A DNA stretch of 64,000 nucleotides from Thermodesulfobacteriota bacterium (GCA_965215275.1 OZ244044.1:1056001-1120000), one strand, 5' to 3'. Counted from the first letter of the stretch, positions 34,086 through 44,185 are shown. A program made the numbers and translations. Notes: generated by a model from the letters alone, not told the origin.

Positions 34086-35900
34086 ATGATCGAACCAAAA
34101 AGATCCCTCCTTAAGGACCTCCCGAGAAAAACGGGTATATACCTGATGAAGAACGCGTCGGGTAAGCCTGTCTATATAGGTAAGGCAAAGAACATAAAGG
34201 CCAGAGCCACATCTTATTTCAATATGAGCGGGAGCGGCAGACCTCACATAGATCTTTTAATAAACGAACTTGAAACCATTGATTTTATCGTTACAAAAGA
34301 TGAAAGAGAGGCTCTCATACTTGAAAACTCACTGATTAAGACCTATAAACCAAAGTTCAACCTCAAACTTAAGGACGATAAGAACTATTCATTCCTGACA
34401 TTGACCGTAAAGGACAGGTTCCCAAAACTCATAACTACCAGAAGGGTGAAAGAGAACGGGGATATGTACTATGGACCGTTTGCGTACGGAGGTGCCCTGA
34501 AACAGACAAAAAGGCTCATTCACTCGCTGTTCGGTATCAGGGACTGCAGCGATGGGAAGTTCAGAAGATACAGGCAGAGACCCTGCCTGAACCACGACCT
34601 TGATCTCTGTCTCGGACCCTGTGCAAATAAAGTGGACAGGGAAACGTACCTTGATTCGGTAGAACGAGCCAAGACGTTTCTGAACGGAGATAAAAAGGCA
34701 CTTATAAAAACCTTAAAGAAAAATATGGAAAGAGCCTCAAGGGATGAAAGGTTCGAGCAGGCTATCGACCTTCGCGATAAGATCAGACTGCTCGAAAAGG
34801 ACCTTGAGGTGACCAAAGTGCTGTCATCCAGCCTTAATGACAGGGACATTATAGGACTTCATCAAAGTTCCGGTATTTACGCGGTCGTCGTTATGTCCTT
34901 CAGGTTCGGAGCAATGGCAGGCAGTCAGGAATATATGTTCTATAACCTGTATCATGACAAAAAGGAAGTGATGCAGCAGTTCTTAAGCCGCTTTTATCAG
35001 GGAGGCAGGTATATTCCAAAGGAAATACTTATAAACGTCAGAATTGACGGCACAGGTGCGTACAGGGACTGGCTTTGTGAAAAAGCAGGTAAAAAAGTAT
35101 CCGTTACCGTGCCAAAGCACGGAGCAAAACACAAACTCATCGAGCTTGCAGAAAAGAACGCAGAGGAGAACATCAGAAGGAAAACAGAGGCAAGAACAAA
35201 CAATTTAGCCATTCTGGAATCCTTGAAGAACTCCCTTTCTTTAAAACGCACGCCAAGGACCATTGAGTGCTATGACGTATCAAATATGCAGGTAAAGAAC
35301 GTCGTTGCTTCCCTTGTAAGGTTTCTGGATGGAGAACCTGACAAAAGCAGGTACAGAAAATATAAAATAAAGACCGTTACCGGACAGGACGACTATGCAA
35401 GTATGTCCGAGGTGCTGAGCAGACGCTTTAAAAGGATCGGACAGGACGGCTGGGAACTCCCGGACATGATAATGATAGACGGTGGCAAGGGACAGCTGGG
35501 CTCGGCGGCAAAGGCAATAAAAGAACTGGGTTATCTGGATAAGGTCGACCTTATATCGATAGCCAAGGGGAAAAAACAGGGAGAGATGGATAAAATATAC
35601 GTTCATGGTAAAAAAGAACCCTGCTTAATGAACCATAACAAGGACGGTCTGTACCTTCTGATGAGGATCAGGGACGAGGCTCACAGGTCAGCCATCACGT
35701 ACCATAAGCAGAGCAGGGCAAAAACGTTCACTTCCTCGGGTCTTGATAACGTGACCGGTATCGGCAAGAAACGAAGGACGCTGCTGCTGAACCGTTTTGG
35801 AGATTTAAACAAGATAAGGTCCGCCACACTTGAGGATATCGCATCTCTCCCCGGTATGAACGCAAAGATCGCCTCGGATATAAAGAAGATATTTCACTGA
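34086..35900 (+). CDS. uvrC: Excinuclease ABC subunit C
   Basis: GIY..YIGKA, IECYDVS, IDGGKGQL, RDEAHR, HhH motifs. Confidence 0.97.
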   Translation: MIEPKRSLLKDLPRKTGIYLMKNASGKPVYIGKAKNIKARATSYFNMSGSGRPHIDLLINELETIDFIVTKDEREALILENSLIKTYKPKFNLKLKDDKNYSFLTLTVKDRFPKLITTRRVKENGDMYYGPFAYGGALKQTKRLIHSLFGIRDCSDGKFRRYRQRPCLNHDLDLCLGPCANKVDRETYLDSVERAKTFLNGDKKALIKTLKKNMERASRDERFEQAIDLRDKIRLLEKDLEVTKVLSSSLNDRDIIGLHQSSGIYAVVVMSFRFGAMAGSQEYMFYNLYHDKKEVMQQFLSRFYQGGRYIPKEILINVRIDGTGAYRDWLCEKAGKKVSVTVPKHGAKHKLIELAEKNAEENIRRKTEARTNNLAILESLKNSLSLKRTPRTIECYDVSNMQVKNVVASLVRFLDGEPDKSRYRKYKIKTVTGQDDYASMSEVLSRRFKRIGQDGWELPDMIMIDGGKGQLGSAAKAIKELGYLDKVDLISIAKGKKQGEMDKIYVHGKKEPCLMNHNKDGLYLLMRIRDEAHRSAITYHKQSRAKTFTSSGLDNVTGIGKKRRTLLLNRFGDLNKIRSATLEDIASLPGMNAKIASDIKKIFH

Positions 35901-36814
35901 TCCGCAAGAAAATGTTCCAGAATGGCCTTGGCCGAATGCAGTTTGTTCTCAGCTTGGTCAAATACTATGGAGTTTTTGCTTCCTATGATCTCATCGGTGA
36001 TCTCCTCTCCCCTGTGAGCAGGCATGCAGTGCATTATCAGCACTTCCTTCTTGGCCGATCTCAGAAGTTCGGAGTTGATCTGAAAAGGTCTGAACTTTCT
36101 GATCTTTTCGTCCTTATCGTCATTGTCCTGCCCCATGCTGATCCAGACGTCGGTGTAGATCAGGTCCGCGTTCCTTACGGCCTTTCTCGGGTCGTCGGTA
36201 ATGTATATTTCCTTACCCCCGAACTTCCTGGACCTTTTCAATACAGTTTCGGCAGGTTCGAAACCAGCAGGACACGATACCGTCAGATCAAATCCCATTA
36301 TGGCAGAAGCCCCTATCAATGAGTTCGTAACGTTGTTGCCGTCCCCTATATATGCCAGATGGAAATCAGAAGGGTCAAATCCCTTTTCCTGTACCGTGTA
36401 CAGGTCGGATATTACCTGCGTCGGATGCTCCAGGTCCGTCAGTGCATTGATTACCGGTACACGGGAATGTCCGGCAAATTCGCTTATCATTCCCTGGTCG
36501 TAGGTCCTGATCACAACTCCGTCAAGGTAAGAGGATAGGACCCTTGCGGTGTCCGATATCGGTTCATTTCTGCCAAGCTGCGTATCCTTTGGGTTCAGAT
36601 AAATGGCGTTTGCACCAAGGTCGGATATCCCTACCTCAAAGGATACCCTCGTTCTGGTTGACGATTTTTCAAACATCATCCCTACCGTCATACCCCTCAG
36701 GCAGTCGTTGGTCTTCAGATGCTTCTTCTCCTGCTTAAGCTCCCCGCTGCGTCTGATGATCTTCAGTATATCGTCTTTGGACAGGTCGAAAATGGTTAAG
36801 AGGTCCCTGCTCAT
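35894..36814 (-). CDS. argF: Ornithine carbamoyltransferase
   Basis: SSTRTR, HPTQ, DVWISMG, HCMPAHRG motifs. Confidence 0.97.
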   Translation of the reverse strand: MSRDLLTIFDLSKDDILKIIRRSGELKQEKKHLKTNDCLRGMTVGMMFEKSSTRTRVSFEVGISDLGANAIYLNPKDTQLGRNEPISDTARVLSSYLDGVVIRTYDQGMISEFAGHSRVPVINALTDLEHPTQVISDLYTVQEKGFDPSDFHLAYIGDGNNVTNSLIGASAIMGFDLTVSCPAGFEPAETVLKRSRKFGGKEIYITDDPRKAVRNADLIYTDVWISMGQDNDDKDEKIRKFRPFQINSELLRSAKKEVLIMHCMPAHRGEEITDEIIGSKNSIVFDQAENKLHSAKAILEHFLADQ

Positions 36815-38016
36815 TTTTTCACAATCCCTTTAAGAGAATTATCAATGATCGTGACCGCGGCGTCTATCTCTTTTTCGGATACCGTCAAAGGAGGCAGGAT
36901 TCTCATTACCGTCCCGGCAGTATGAATGGTAAGAAGCCCGTTCTCAATACACTTTGCGATCACCTTGCCGGCGATCTCAGAAGATATGAACTCGATCCCG
37001 ATCATCAGGCCCATCCCCCTTGTATCCTTTATTATATCAGGATGCTCGGCCTGTATACGGTACAGGCCCTTAAGAAAGTAGCTGCCCATATCACGAACGC
37101 TGCGCAGCAGTTTCTCATCGTTTATCGTTTCCAGAACTGCCAGTGCACAACTGACGGCAAGTGGATTCCCACCAAACGTTGTACCGTGCGAACCAGAAGA
37201 TATGGTATCTGCAACCTTATCTTTCAGTAAAACCGCCCCGCATGGCACTCCGCCGCCAAGCGCCTTTGCAACCGTTATGATATCAGGTTCAATCCCTTCA
37301 TGCTCATACGCGAACAGTCTGCCCGTTCTTCCCATACCGGTCTGTATTTCATCAAGTATCAGTAAAACACCTTTTTCATCACATATTTTTCTGACTTCGT
37401 GCAGATACCCCGGCTCGGGTACGACCACCCCGTTTTCCCCCTGAACCGGTTCCACTATTACCGCACAGAACTCATCTTCTTTCAGACATTCTCTCATGTG
37501 GTCCGTTTCTCCGTAAGGTACGAATTCAAAACCTTCGAGCATGGGCTTAAAACCAGCCTGGTACTGTTTTGCCCCGGTTGCACTTAAAGCACCATAAGTC
37601 CGTCCGTGAAAAGAGCCGTGCATGGACACGATGTTATGTTTTTTACCATTGAGAGTGCCCCATTTTCTTGCAAACTTGATCGCACCTTCAACGGCTTCGG
37701 TACCCGTATTGCAGAAAAACACCTTGTCGCAGACGGAATTCTCAACCAGATCTCTGGCAAGCCTTGCCTGCGGTTCCATATAAAAGAGATTAGACCCGTG
37801 GATGATCTCCCTGCTCTGCGAAGCTATTACGCTCAGAAGGGCAGGATGGGAATGTCCGAGGCTCGTTACTGCAATACCCGTGGTAAAATCAAGCAGCCGC
37901 TTACCTTCACTGTTCCAGACCCAGCAGCCTTTACCTCTTTTGATCGCCAAGGGTATTCTTCTGTACGTCCCAAGAACATACTTATCTACCTCGGAGATGA
38001 TCTCATCGGAGTTCAC
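36811..38016 (-). CDS. argD: Acetylornithine aminotransferase
   Basis: FHGRT, DEIQTG, AKALGGG, HGTTFGGN; arg operon context. Confidence 0.93.
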   Translation of the reverse strand: MNSDEIISEVDKYVLGTYRRIPLAIKRGKGCWVWNSEGKRLLDFTTGIAVTSLGHSHPALLSVIASQSREIIHGSNLFYMEPQARLARDLVENSVCDKVFFCNTGTEAVEGAIKFARKWGTLNGKKHNIVSMHGSFHGRTYGALSATGAKQYQAGFKPMLEGFEFVPYGETDHMRECLKEDEFCAVIVEPVQGENGVVVPEPGYLHEVRKICDEKGVLLILDEIQTGMGRTGRLFAYEHEGIEPDIITVAKALGGGVPCGAVLLKDKVADTISSGSHGTTFGGNPLAVSCALAVLETINDEKLLRSVRDMGSYFLKGLYRIQAEHPDIIKDTRGMGLMIGIEFISSEIAGKVIAKCIENGLLTIHTAGTVMRILPPLTVSEKEIDAAVTIIDNSLKGIVKK

Positions 38017-38894
38017 AGCGTTATCTCCGTTCCTATTCCAGCATCGGTAAAAAGTTCAAGTATCAATGCCCGTTCCAACGTACCATCTATAATATGGGTC
38101 TTTTCAACCCCTTCATGAAGTGCTTCAAGAGCGCAGACCACTTTCGGTATCATGCCCTGCGAGATGATATTTTTTCCGATCAGGTTTCGTACCTCGGACT
38201 CGGTCAGAGAGGAAATAAGCTCCTTTTGTTCATCAAGTATCCCCGGAACGTTGGTAAGAAATATCAATCTCGTGGCATTTAAGGCACCTGCGATCTTACT
38301 TGCCACGTGGTCGGCGTTTATATTATACGTACTGCCTTCATCATCATATCCTACAGGAGCGATCACGGGAATGTAACCTTTATCTTCCAGTGTCCTTATC
38401 AAACCGGGGTTTATCTTCTCTACTTCCCCGACCATGCCAATATCCGCATCTGGAGGGATGTTTATTCCGTTCTTTTCAGCAAGCCTGTCAAGGTTTATTT
38501 TTTTAGCTGTTATTATCTTTCCTTCCTTACCTGAAAGTCCGACGGCTTTTCCGCCGTAATGATTTACGCAGGAGATAATCTCCTGATTTACCTTGCCCAC
38601 AAGGACCATCTCCACGATCTCCATGGTCTTTTCATCGGTAACCCTGAGACCCGCTATAAATTCAGACTCAATACCCTGCTGATTGAGATATTCAGCTATC
38701 TGCGGACCACCCCCATGTACGACTACGGGCTTGATCCCAACGTACTTCATAAGAATAAGGTCGTGAGCAAAACTGGACAGTTCCTTCCTGTCGATGCTCC
38801 CGCCGTATTTTATCACCACGGTCCTGCCATGAAAGATCTTTATATAAGGCAGGGCCTCGACTAGGATCTGTGCCTTGTTCATAAGCTGTTCCAT
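38013..38894 (-). CDS. argB: Acetylglutamate kinase
   Basis: VIKYGG, VHGGGP, NINAD, GMIPKV motifs. Confidence 0.97.
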   Translation of the reverse strand: MEQLMNKAQILVEALPYIKIFHGRTVVIKYGGSIDRKELSSFAHDLILMKYVGIKPVVVHGGGPQIAEYLNQQGIESEFIAGLRVTDEKTMEIVEMVLVGKVNQEIISCVNHYGGKAVGLSGKEGKIITAKKINLDRLAEKNGINIPPDADIGMVGEVEKINPGLIRTLEDKGYIPVIAPVGYDDEGSTYNINADHVASKIAGALNATRLIFLTNVPGILDEQKELISSLTESEVRNLIGKNIISQGMIPKVVCALEALHEGVEKTHIIDGTLERALILELFTDAGIGTEITL

Positions 38895-39018
38895 ATTTAT
38901 CCAGCCGCCTTTAATTGTGAAAAAGATGAATATATATTATGGGAATTATATACTCTGTTAGACAAAGACAGGCAAATAGCTTTGATAGTGCTGTAAAATT
39001 AGGGAATTATATATAGAT

Positions 39019-40473
39019 ATGGATAGTGAAGGAAGTGTGATCAGAAAGACGAGAGTAGACCTCAGGGCGGTTAAGTTGGATCCGTCTGCTCATAAGAAAC
39101 TGGAATCTATGTTAAACCAGCTTACCTATCTTTATAACCGAGCTCGTGAAGAAAGGATAAGATCATATGATAAATATGAGAAACTGATGAAATGGGGTTT
39201 ATCAGAAAAGAGATTTAAGACGTATTTCTATCCCCACTGGAAGTCTGGACTTTCTTATAATAAAGGTAATACAGTTAAACATATAGACAAGGTATATATA
39301 GCTCTTAACAGGGTTAGAAGTGAAGTCCGACCTTGTAACGACCCGTTAAACTGGAGAGAGTTATCAGAAAAAGAAATAGGAAAGAAGTCGATCAGTTACG
39401 AAGATCAGGCAAGATCACTGACGGAAATAAGGAACGACCTTTTACTGTCTGATGAGTTTAGTAAGGTTGACGCTCAAGCGCAACAGCGGACGTTACAAAG
39501 ACTGGATAAGGCTTATAAAGAATATCTAAAAGGGATACGTGGTCGTCCGAGATATAAGAACAGTAGCAGAAAGATAAAAAGTTTTGAAACTTACCAATGG
39601 AGTAGAGTTAAGAAACAAGACAGAAGAACTTCCTTGTCCGTAAAAGGAGCAGGCAGGATGAGTTTCAAAGGCAGGATACCGGAAGGAACTAAATACATAA
39701 GGATAGTAAGAACTGCTTTAAGAGTAGAGATACAGTTTGTATATGAAACAGTTGCAGGAGTGGACAGAGGGTCAGACAGACCGATAGGGATAGATCTCGG
39801 AGTGAAGAACAGAATTACCTTATCGGATGGAACTTTCTATAAAGGAACAGAAATAGACAGGAAGGAACTTAAAAGAAAGCAAAGAGCATTAAGCAGAGCT
39901 GAAAAAGGATCTAACAACAGAAACAAGAAGAAAACAGCTTATGCCAAAGAACGTGCAAGGACCACTGAAAGGGAACATAATAAAATACATGAATTAACTA
40001 CAGGGATAGTAAAGGGTCATGGTAATCATTTTATAGTAGAAGATCTGAAGTTAAAGAACATGACAAAGTCCGCTAAGGGGACATTGAAAGATCCTGGCAA
40101 GAAAGTAAAGCAGAAATCGGGATTGAACAGGTCTATACAGGAGCAGCAATTGGGAAAGGTCATTAGTCAGCTTACTTACAAGGTTGAGAGCACTGGAGGT
40201 AAGATAACTAAAGTTCCATCCCAATACACAAGCCAGACCTGTTCTGCATGCGGATACGTAGCTAAAAATAACAGAAAAGGAGAGTTATTTAAGTGCATGT
40301 CCTGTGGTTATACAGGCCATGCTGACTTAAACGCAGCTAATAACGTTCTCAAAAGAGGTTTATTCTTTTTGTCGGGTGGGAATAAGGACGAGAGTCTCCC
40401 GATGCAAGCTGGGAACATGATATCAAAAGAGAACGGGGTCAGAGGGACTCTGCTTGCAGAACAGTATATTTAG
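39019..40473 (+). CDS. tnpB: RNA-guided endonuclease TnpB family
   Basis: RuvC-I PIGIDLG, RuvC-II FIVEDL, zinc finger CSACG..CMSCG, RuvC-III HADLNAA; KQKSGLNR motif. Confidence 0.93.
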   Translation: MDSEGSVIRKTRVDLRAVKLDPSAHKKLESMLNQLTYLYNRAREERIRSYDKYEKLMKWGLSEKRFKTYFYPHWKSGLSYNKGNTVKHIDKVYIALNRVRSEVRPCNDPLNWRELSEKEIGKKSISYEDQARSLTEIRNDLLLSDEFSKVDAQAQQRTLQRLDKAYKEYLKGIRGRPRYKNSSRKIKSFETYQWSRVKKQDRRTSLSVKGAGRMSFKGRIPEGTKYIRIVRTALRVEIQFVYETVAGVDRGSDRPIGIDLGVKNRITLSDGTFYKGTEIDRKELKRKQRALSRAEKGSNNRNKKKTAYAKERARTTEREHNKIHELTTGIVKGHGNHFIVEDLKLKNMTKSAKGTLKDPGKKVKQKSGLNRSIQEQQLGKVISQLTYKVESTGGKITKVPSQYTSQTCSACGYVAKNNRKGELFKCMSCGYTGHADLNAANNVLKRGLFFLSGGNKDESLPMQAGNMISKENGVRGTLLAEQYI

Positions 40474-40501
40474 TATTTGTATAATAGAGTATATAATTCC
40501 C
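40371..40501 (+). ncRNA. Putative TnpB omega/reRNA scaffold overlapping tnpB 3' end
   Basis: Stems TCGGG/CCCGA (40372/40398), TGCAAGC/GCTTGCA (40403/40452), AGAGTC/GACTCT (40391/40446); position typical of TnpB guide scaffolds. Confidence 0.5.
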
Positions 40502-40647
40502 TTGCTTAATGACAAGGTTCAACGAACTTACGGTCTGAAAGGGATAAGGTCCGAGTAAACAGTTCATCTGCTGAAGCAAATTGCTACAAATGTCCTTTAT
40601 TTATAATTTAACTAAGGTGTACTTTTGTAACGGTTTTAGGAATTCCG

Positions 40648-42225
40648 ATGATTAAACTATCTTCTCTGGTTCCATTTTTGATATTTTCCACCTGGCTGAT
40701 GCTTTCAGGAGAGATGGCAATATCCCAGGAAAGGCTGACCCTGTCCTTGGAAGAAGCCAAGACGACCGCACTTGTAAACAACAGGAACATAGAACTGCAG
40801 AAACAGAGCATAGGCTATGCAGAAGGTGACATAATAAAAGAAAAAGGGGCTTTTGATCCATTTCTGAGACTGAATACATCCTATTCCAATATTGAATCCC
40901 CCGTGATAAGTGCCTTTAATGAGAGCGGCAGATTAACAGAAAAAAGATTTAATATTGAAAACAGCGTAACCGGCAGATTATCAACGGGTACCTTCTACGA
41001 CCTGTACAGTTTCTCCGTTTCCAGAGTAGAGTCCGACTCGCCGGTAGAATCCCTGAACCCGGAGCTTTTTACATCTCTCGGCTTTGGGATTGGTCAGGAA
41101 CTGCTGAAGAACTTCGGTGTAAGCGTGAACAGGGCACGGCTGTTCGTCGCCAGAAAAAATCTGGAGATATCGAGGGTGCGGTTCGAGAAAGTCGTATCGG
41201 ACGTTCTGTTCGAGACAGAACAGTATTACTGGGATCTGGTCGCTTCCATACAGAACGTAAAACTTGAAAAAAGTGCACTGGAACTGGCGGAAGACCTGGA
41301 ACAAAGAAACACCGTTGAAGTAGAGGTCGGCACTTTACCGTCAGTAGCAATAACTCAGGCAAAGTCGGAGGTTGCTTTCAGGAACGTAAGTCTTTTAAAT
41401 GAGAAAAATTTAATGGAAAGGGCCGAGGATAAGCTTAAAAACGCTCTTGGACTGGTCTACAGCATCAAAGTCGTGCCGACCGAAAAGCCCGAGATCTACA
41501 TCGAAGAGAACATAGATGAGAACGAGGCACTTGCAACCGCTTTTAAAAACAGACCTGAACTTGCCGAAGTTTTGCTTGATATAGAGAAAAGTAAAAGACT
41601 GGTGAGATTTTATTCCAATCAGAAGTTGCCGAACCTGACAGTGAACGCCTTTTTGCAATTCCAGGGGGTGGGAGGGGACGAAAGATCAGACAGGTTGTTC
41701 TTTAATGCACAAAAGGAACCTATACAGGACAGTTTTCTGGGAGAATCAAAGGCGTTCAATACGCTTGTAAACAGGGATTTTCCCGGCTGGTCGGTCATGG
41801 GTACTTTCACCTATCCATTGTTCAACAGAGATGCCAAGGGGGATCACATAAAGGCAGTTGCAGAAATGAACAGACAGATGATCAGCTACAAGAAGGTAAA
41901 AGAGCAGATAGAACTTGAGGTCAGGGACGCCATAAGGGAGGTCAGGAACGGCAGAAAGAGAATAGACGCGACCCAGAAGGCCGTGGAACTGGCTGAAGAA
42001 GTGGTTATGAACGATGAAGAAAGACTTAAGGTCGGGATCGCTACCACAAGGGAAGTGCTCGAAGCACAGCGGGACCTGATCTATGCACAAACGGCACGGG
42101 TAGAAGCGATCGCTCAGTACAATATCTCTATCGCCGCTCTTGAAAAAGCCAAGGGAACGTTGCTGTTGAAAAACAACGTAGTGATCAAAGATAACGGCAA
42201 CTTTAACGTAGGTCTGGTTCAGTAA
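40648..42225 (+). CDS. TolC-family outer membrane protein
   Basis: Signal peptide, LSLEEA, RPEL, LPNL, EVLEAQRDL repeats. Confidence 0.9.
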   Translation: MIKLSSLVPFLIFSTWLMLSGEMAISQERLTLSLEEAKTTALVNNRNIELQKQSIGYAEGDIIKEKGAFDPFLRLNTSYSNIESPVISAFNESGRLTEKRFNIENSVTGRLSTGTFYDLYSFSVSRVESDSPVESLNPELFTSLGFGIGQELLKNFGVSVNRARLFVARKNLEISRVRFEKVVSDVLFETEQYYWDLVASIQNVKLEKSALELAEDLEQRNTVEVEVGTLPSVAITQAKSEVAFRNVSLLNEKNLMERAEDKLKNALGLVYSIKVVPTEKPEIYIEENIDENEALATAFKNRPELAEVLLDIEKSKRLVRFYSNQKLPNLTVNAFLQFQGVGGDERSDRLFFNAQKEPIQDSFLGESKAFNTLVNRDFPGWSVMGTFTYPLFNRDAKGDHIKAVAEMNRQMISYKKVKEQIELEVRDAIREVRNGRKRIDATQKAVELAEEVVMNDEERLKVGIATTREVLEAQRDLIYAQTARVEAIAQYNISIAALEKAKGTLLLKNNVVIKDNGNFNVGLVQ

Positions 42226-42383
42226 AATATATAAAAGCAGATAAACAGTGTTCAGTCAGCACAAGCCGAATTATTTAATTTGGGAATTATATACAATAGT
42301 GACGAAGCCTCCAATAAATAGTTGACAAACTATAGATTTGTCATTATTACAGGTAAGAAAATTAAATAACTGGAGGAAGTTAT

Positions 42384-43325
42384 ATGTCAAAGAAAGCACC
42401 TGGGAAATCATACAGGAAAGGGATATCGTTAGTAAAGTTATTCAGGAAATTCCCTTCTGATGCTGTTGCAGAGGAATGGTTTGTAAAACAGAGGTGGGGA
42501 AAGGAACCCGTATGTCCGTATTGCGGGACAAGAAACGTTCAGACCGGGACTGGTCATAAGACAATGCCGTACAGGTACAGGGAAAAAGGACGTTCGAAAT
42601 GGTTCAGTGCAAGGAGCAGGACAGTTATGCAGTCTTCTAATATCAGGTATCAGGCTTGGGCAGTGGCAATATATCTTTTTGCCACGTCATTAAAGGGAGT
42701 ATCAAGTATGAAACTGCATAGAGATCTGGATATTACGCATAGGTCAGCATGGCATTTATCGCATCGTATCAGAGAGGCGTGGAACAGAGAAGAACTGCAA
42801 GTGTTTACAGGCTCCGTGGAGGCAGATGAGACGTTTACAGGTGGAAAGGAGAGAAACAAGCATAACAACAGGCGTAGTCATACACGAGGACCTGGAGGGA
42901 AGTCCATTGTTGCAGGAATGAAGAACAGAGAGACAAACAGGGTAACAGCACAACCGGTTTCTGAACGTAGTAAAGAGGAAATACAGGGTTTTACAGTTAA
43001 GAACGCAGGTAGTGGAGTAAAAACATATACCGATGATCATAAAAGCTATACAGGGTTGCCTTATGAGCATGAGAGCGTGGATCATAGTGTAAGGGAGTAC
43101 GTTAAAGAGCAGGCACATGTAAACGGAGTGGGATCGTTCCGGGCAATGTTAAAAAGAGGATATACCGGCACGTACCACAGAATGAGTAAAAAGCATTTAA
43201 ATCGTTATGTAAATGAGTTTTCGGGGAGGCATAATATAAGAAGACTGGACACGGAAGATCAGATGGGAACAACAGCAAGGGCAATGTATGGAAAGACCTT
43301 GCCTTATAAAGAACTGATAAGGTAA
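42384..43325 (+). CDS. IS1595 transposase, probably inactive
   Basis: VEADET, YTDD motifs present; third catalytic motif reads NGVGSFR instead of NxxESFW; second Cys pair of the zinc ribbon lost. Confidence 0.88.
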   Translation: MSKKAPGKSYRKGISLVKLFRKFPSDAVAEEWFVKQRWGKEPVCPYCGTRNVQTGTGHKTMPYRYREKGRSKWFSARSRTVMQSSNIRYQAWAVAIYLFATSLKGVSSMKLHRDLDITHRSAWHLSHRIREAWNREELQVFTGSVEADETFTGGKERNKHNNRRSHTRGPGGKSIVAGMKNRETNRVTAQPVSERSKEEIQGFTVKNAGSGVKTYTDDHKSYTGLPYEHESVDHSVREYVKEQAHVNGVGSFRAMLKRGYTGTYHRMSKKHLNRYVNEFSGRHNIRRLDTEDQMGTTARAMYGKTLPYKELIR

Positions 43326-43377
43326 TATGAATAATGTTACAGGATAAAAAACAGACCAAAAAACAAAGAAACTTGCA

Positions 43378-43566
43378 ATGACGAACAGGAAAAAAACAAT
43401 AGAGATCTTGCCAGGCAGTTATGAACCGACAGAAGAAGAGAAAGAGCATCCGTTTTCTATTGATACAACTCCGCAAAAGTCAGCAAAAGCTATCCTCCAG
43501 CCTGTCAACGTTAAAAAGAAGGATGTAAAGAAACACGTTGCTGAACGTTCAAAAAACAGGAAATGA
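43378..43566 (+). CDS. Small basic passenger protein in IS1595
   Basis: 62-aa ORF between transposase stop and right TIR. Confidence 0.55.
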   Translation: MTNRKKTIEILPGSYEPTEEEKEHPFSIDTTPQKSAKAILQPVNVKKKDVKKHVAERSKNRK

Positions 43567-43663
43567 TCCAGGTTTCGTCACTATTGTATATAATTCCCAT
43601 TTAATTTAACTGTCTCAAATACTTTTATTTTTGATATAACTTACTGAAATAATTTAGTTTTTA

Positions 43664-44185
43664 TTGACAAAATGGTTATTATATAATATACTTTTATACA
43701 TACTAATAATGAAACTTTTTAACAGACTGAATAAAAAAGTCACTAAGTTTTTGTCAAAAAAAGTCCTATTCAAAAGGTTTATCTCTAAAAAAAGAGATAA
43801 AAAAGACATATGTCAATTAATCCCTAATATAATAAATGCTGATAATAATTGCGCTCTTATTGCACTTCATCTTTTGTTTCCAAAAATTCCGGAAGATAAA
43901 ATATTAGACGCATTTTACCATTGTTGCGAAAAGTGGCCAAATGAGGGAGTTACAAACAAAGAGTTTAATATTGCTCTTAAATTTTTAAACCTGGACAAAA
44001 AAGTTTGTTATCACGGAAATGAAACAATTGTTCAATTACTATTAGCACATAAAGATAGAGCTTTTATAAGTTTAGTACACGGACACTTTTTGGTTATTTC
44101 GTTCGGTAGAATTTTAGAGTTTTTCAGTTGTTATTGGACTAACTGTAAAGAAGCAAAAGTCTATTGTTATTGGGAAAAACTTTAG
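43664..44185 (+). CDS. Hypothetical papain-like (C39-like) cysteine peptidase
   Basis: NNCALIAL...GVT..EF...GHFLVI Cys/His pattern; AT-rich; start uncertain. Confidence 0.5.
   Translation: MTKWLLYNILLYILIMKLFNRLNKKVTKFLSKKVLFKRFISKKRDKKDICQLIPNIINADNNCALIALHLLFPKIPEDKILDAFYHCCEKWPNEGVTNKEFNIALKFLNLDKKVCYHGNETIVQLLLAHKDRAFISLVHGHFLVISFGRILEFFSCYWTNCKEAKVYCYWEKL

Larger units (their letters stand above)
38941..40501. mobile_element. tnpB-only element bounded by IS1595-type terminal inverted repeats
   Basis: Left GGGAATTATATACTCTGTTAGACAAAGAC vs right reverse complement GGGAATTATATACTCTATTATACAAATAC (26/29 identical); second GGGAATTATATA at 39002; no TSD seen. Confidence 0.85.
42282..43598 (+). 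mobile_element. IS1595-family element (ISNwi1-like ends) with passenger ORF
   Basis: 25-bp perfect TIR GGGAATTATATACAATAGTGACGAA; 9-bp TSD ATTTAATTT (42273-42281 and 43599-43607). Confidence 0.93.

Noticed and set aside
38941..40650. Cas12f/CRISPR interpretation of tnpB
   Set aside because: No repeat-spacer array or cas genes seen in the window
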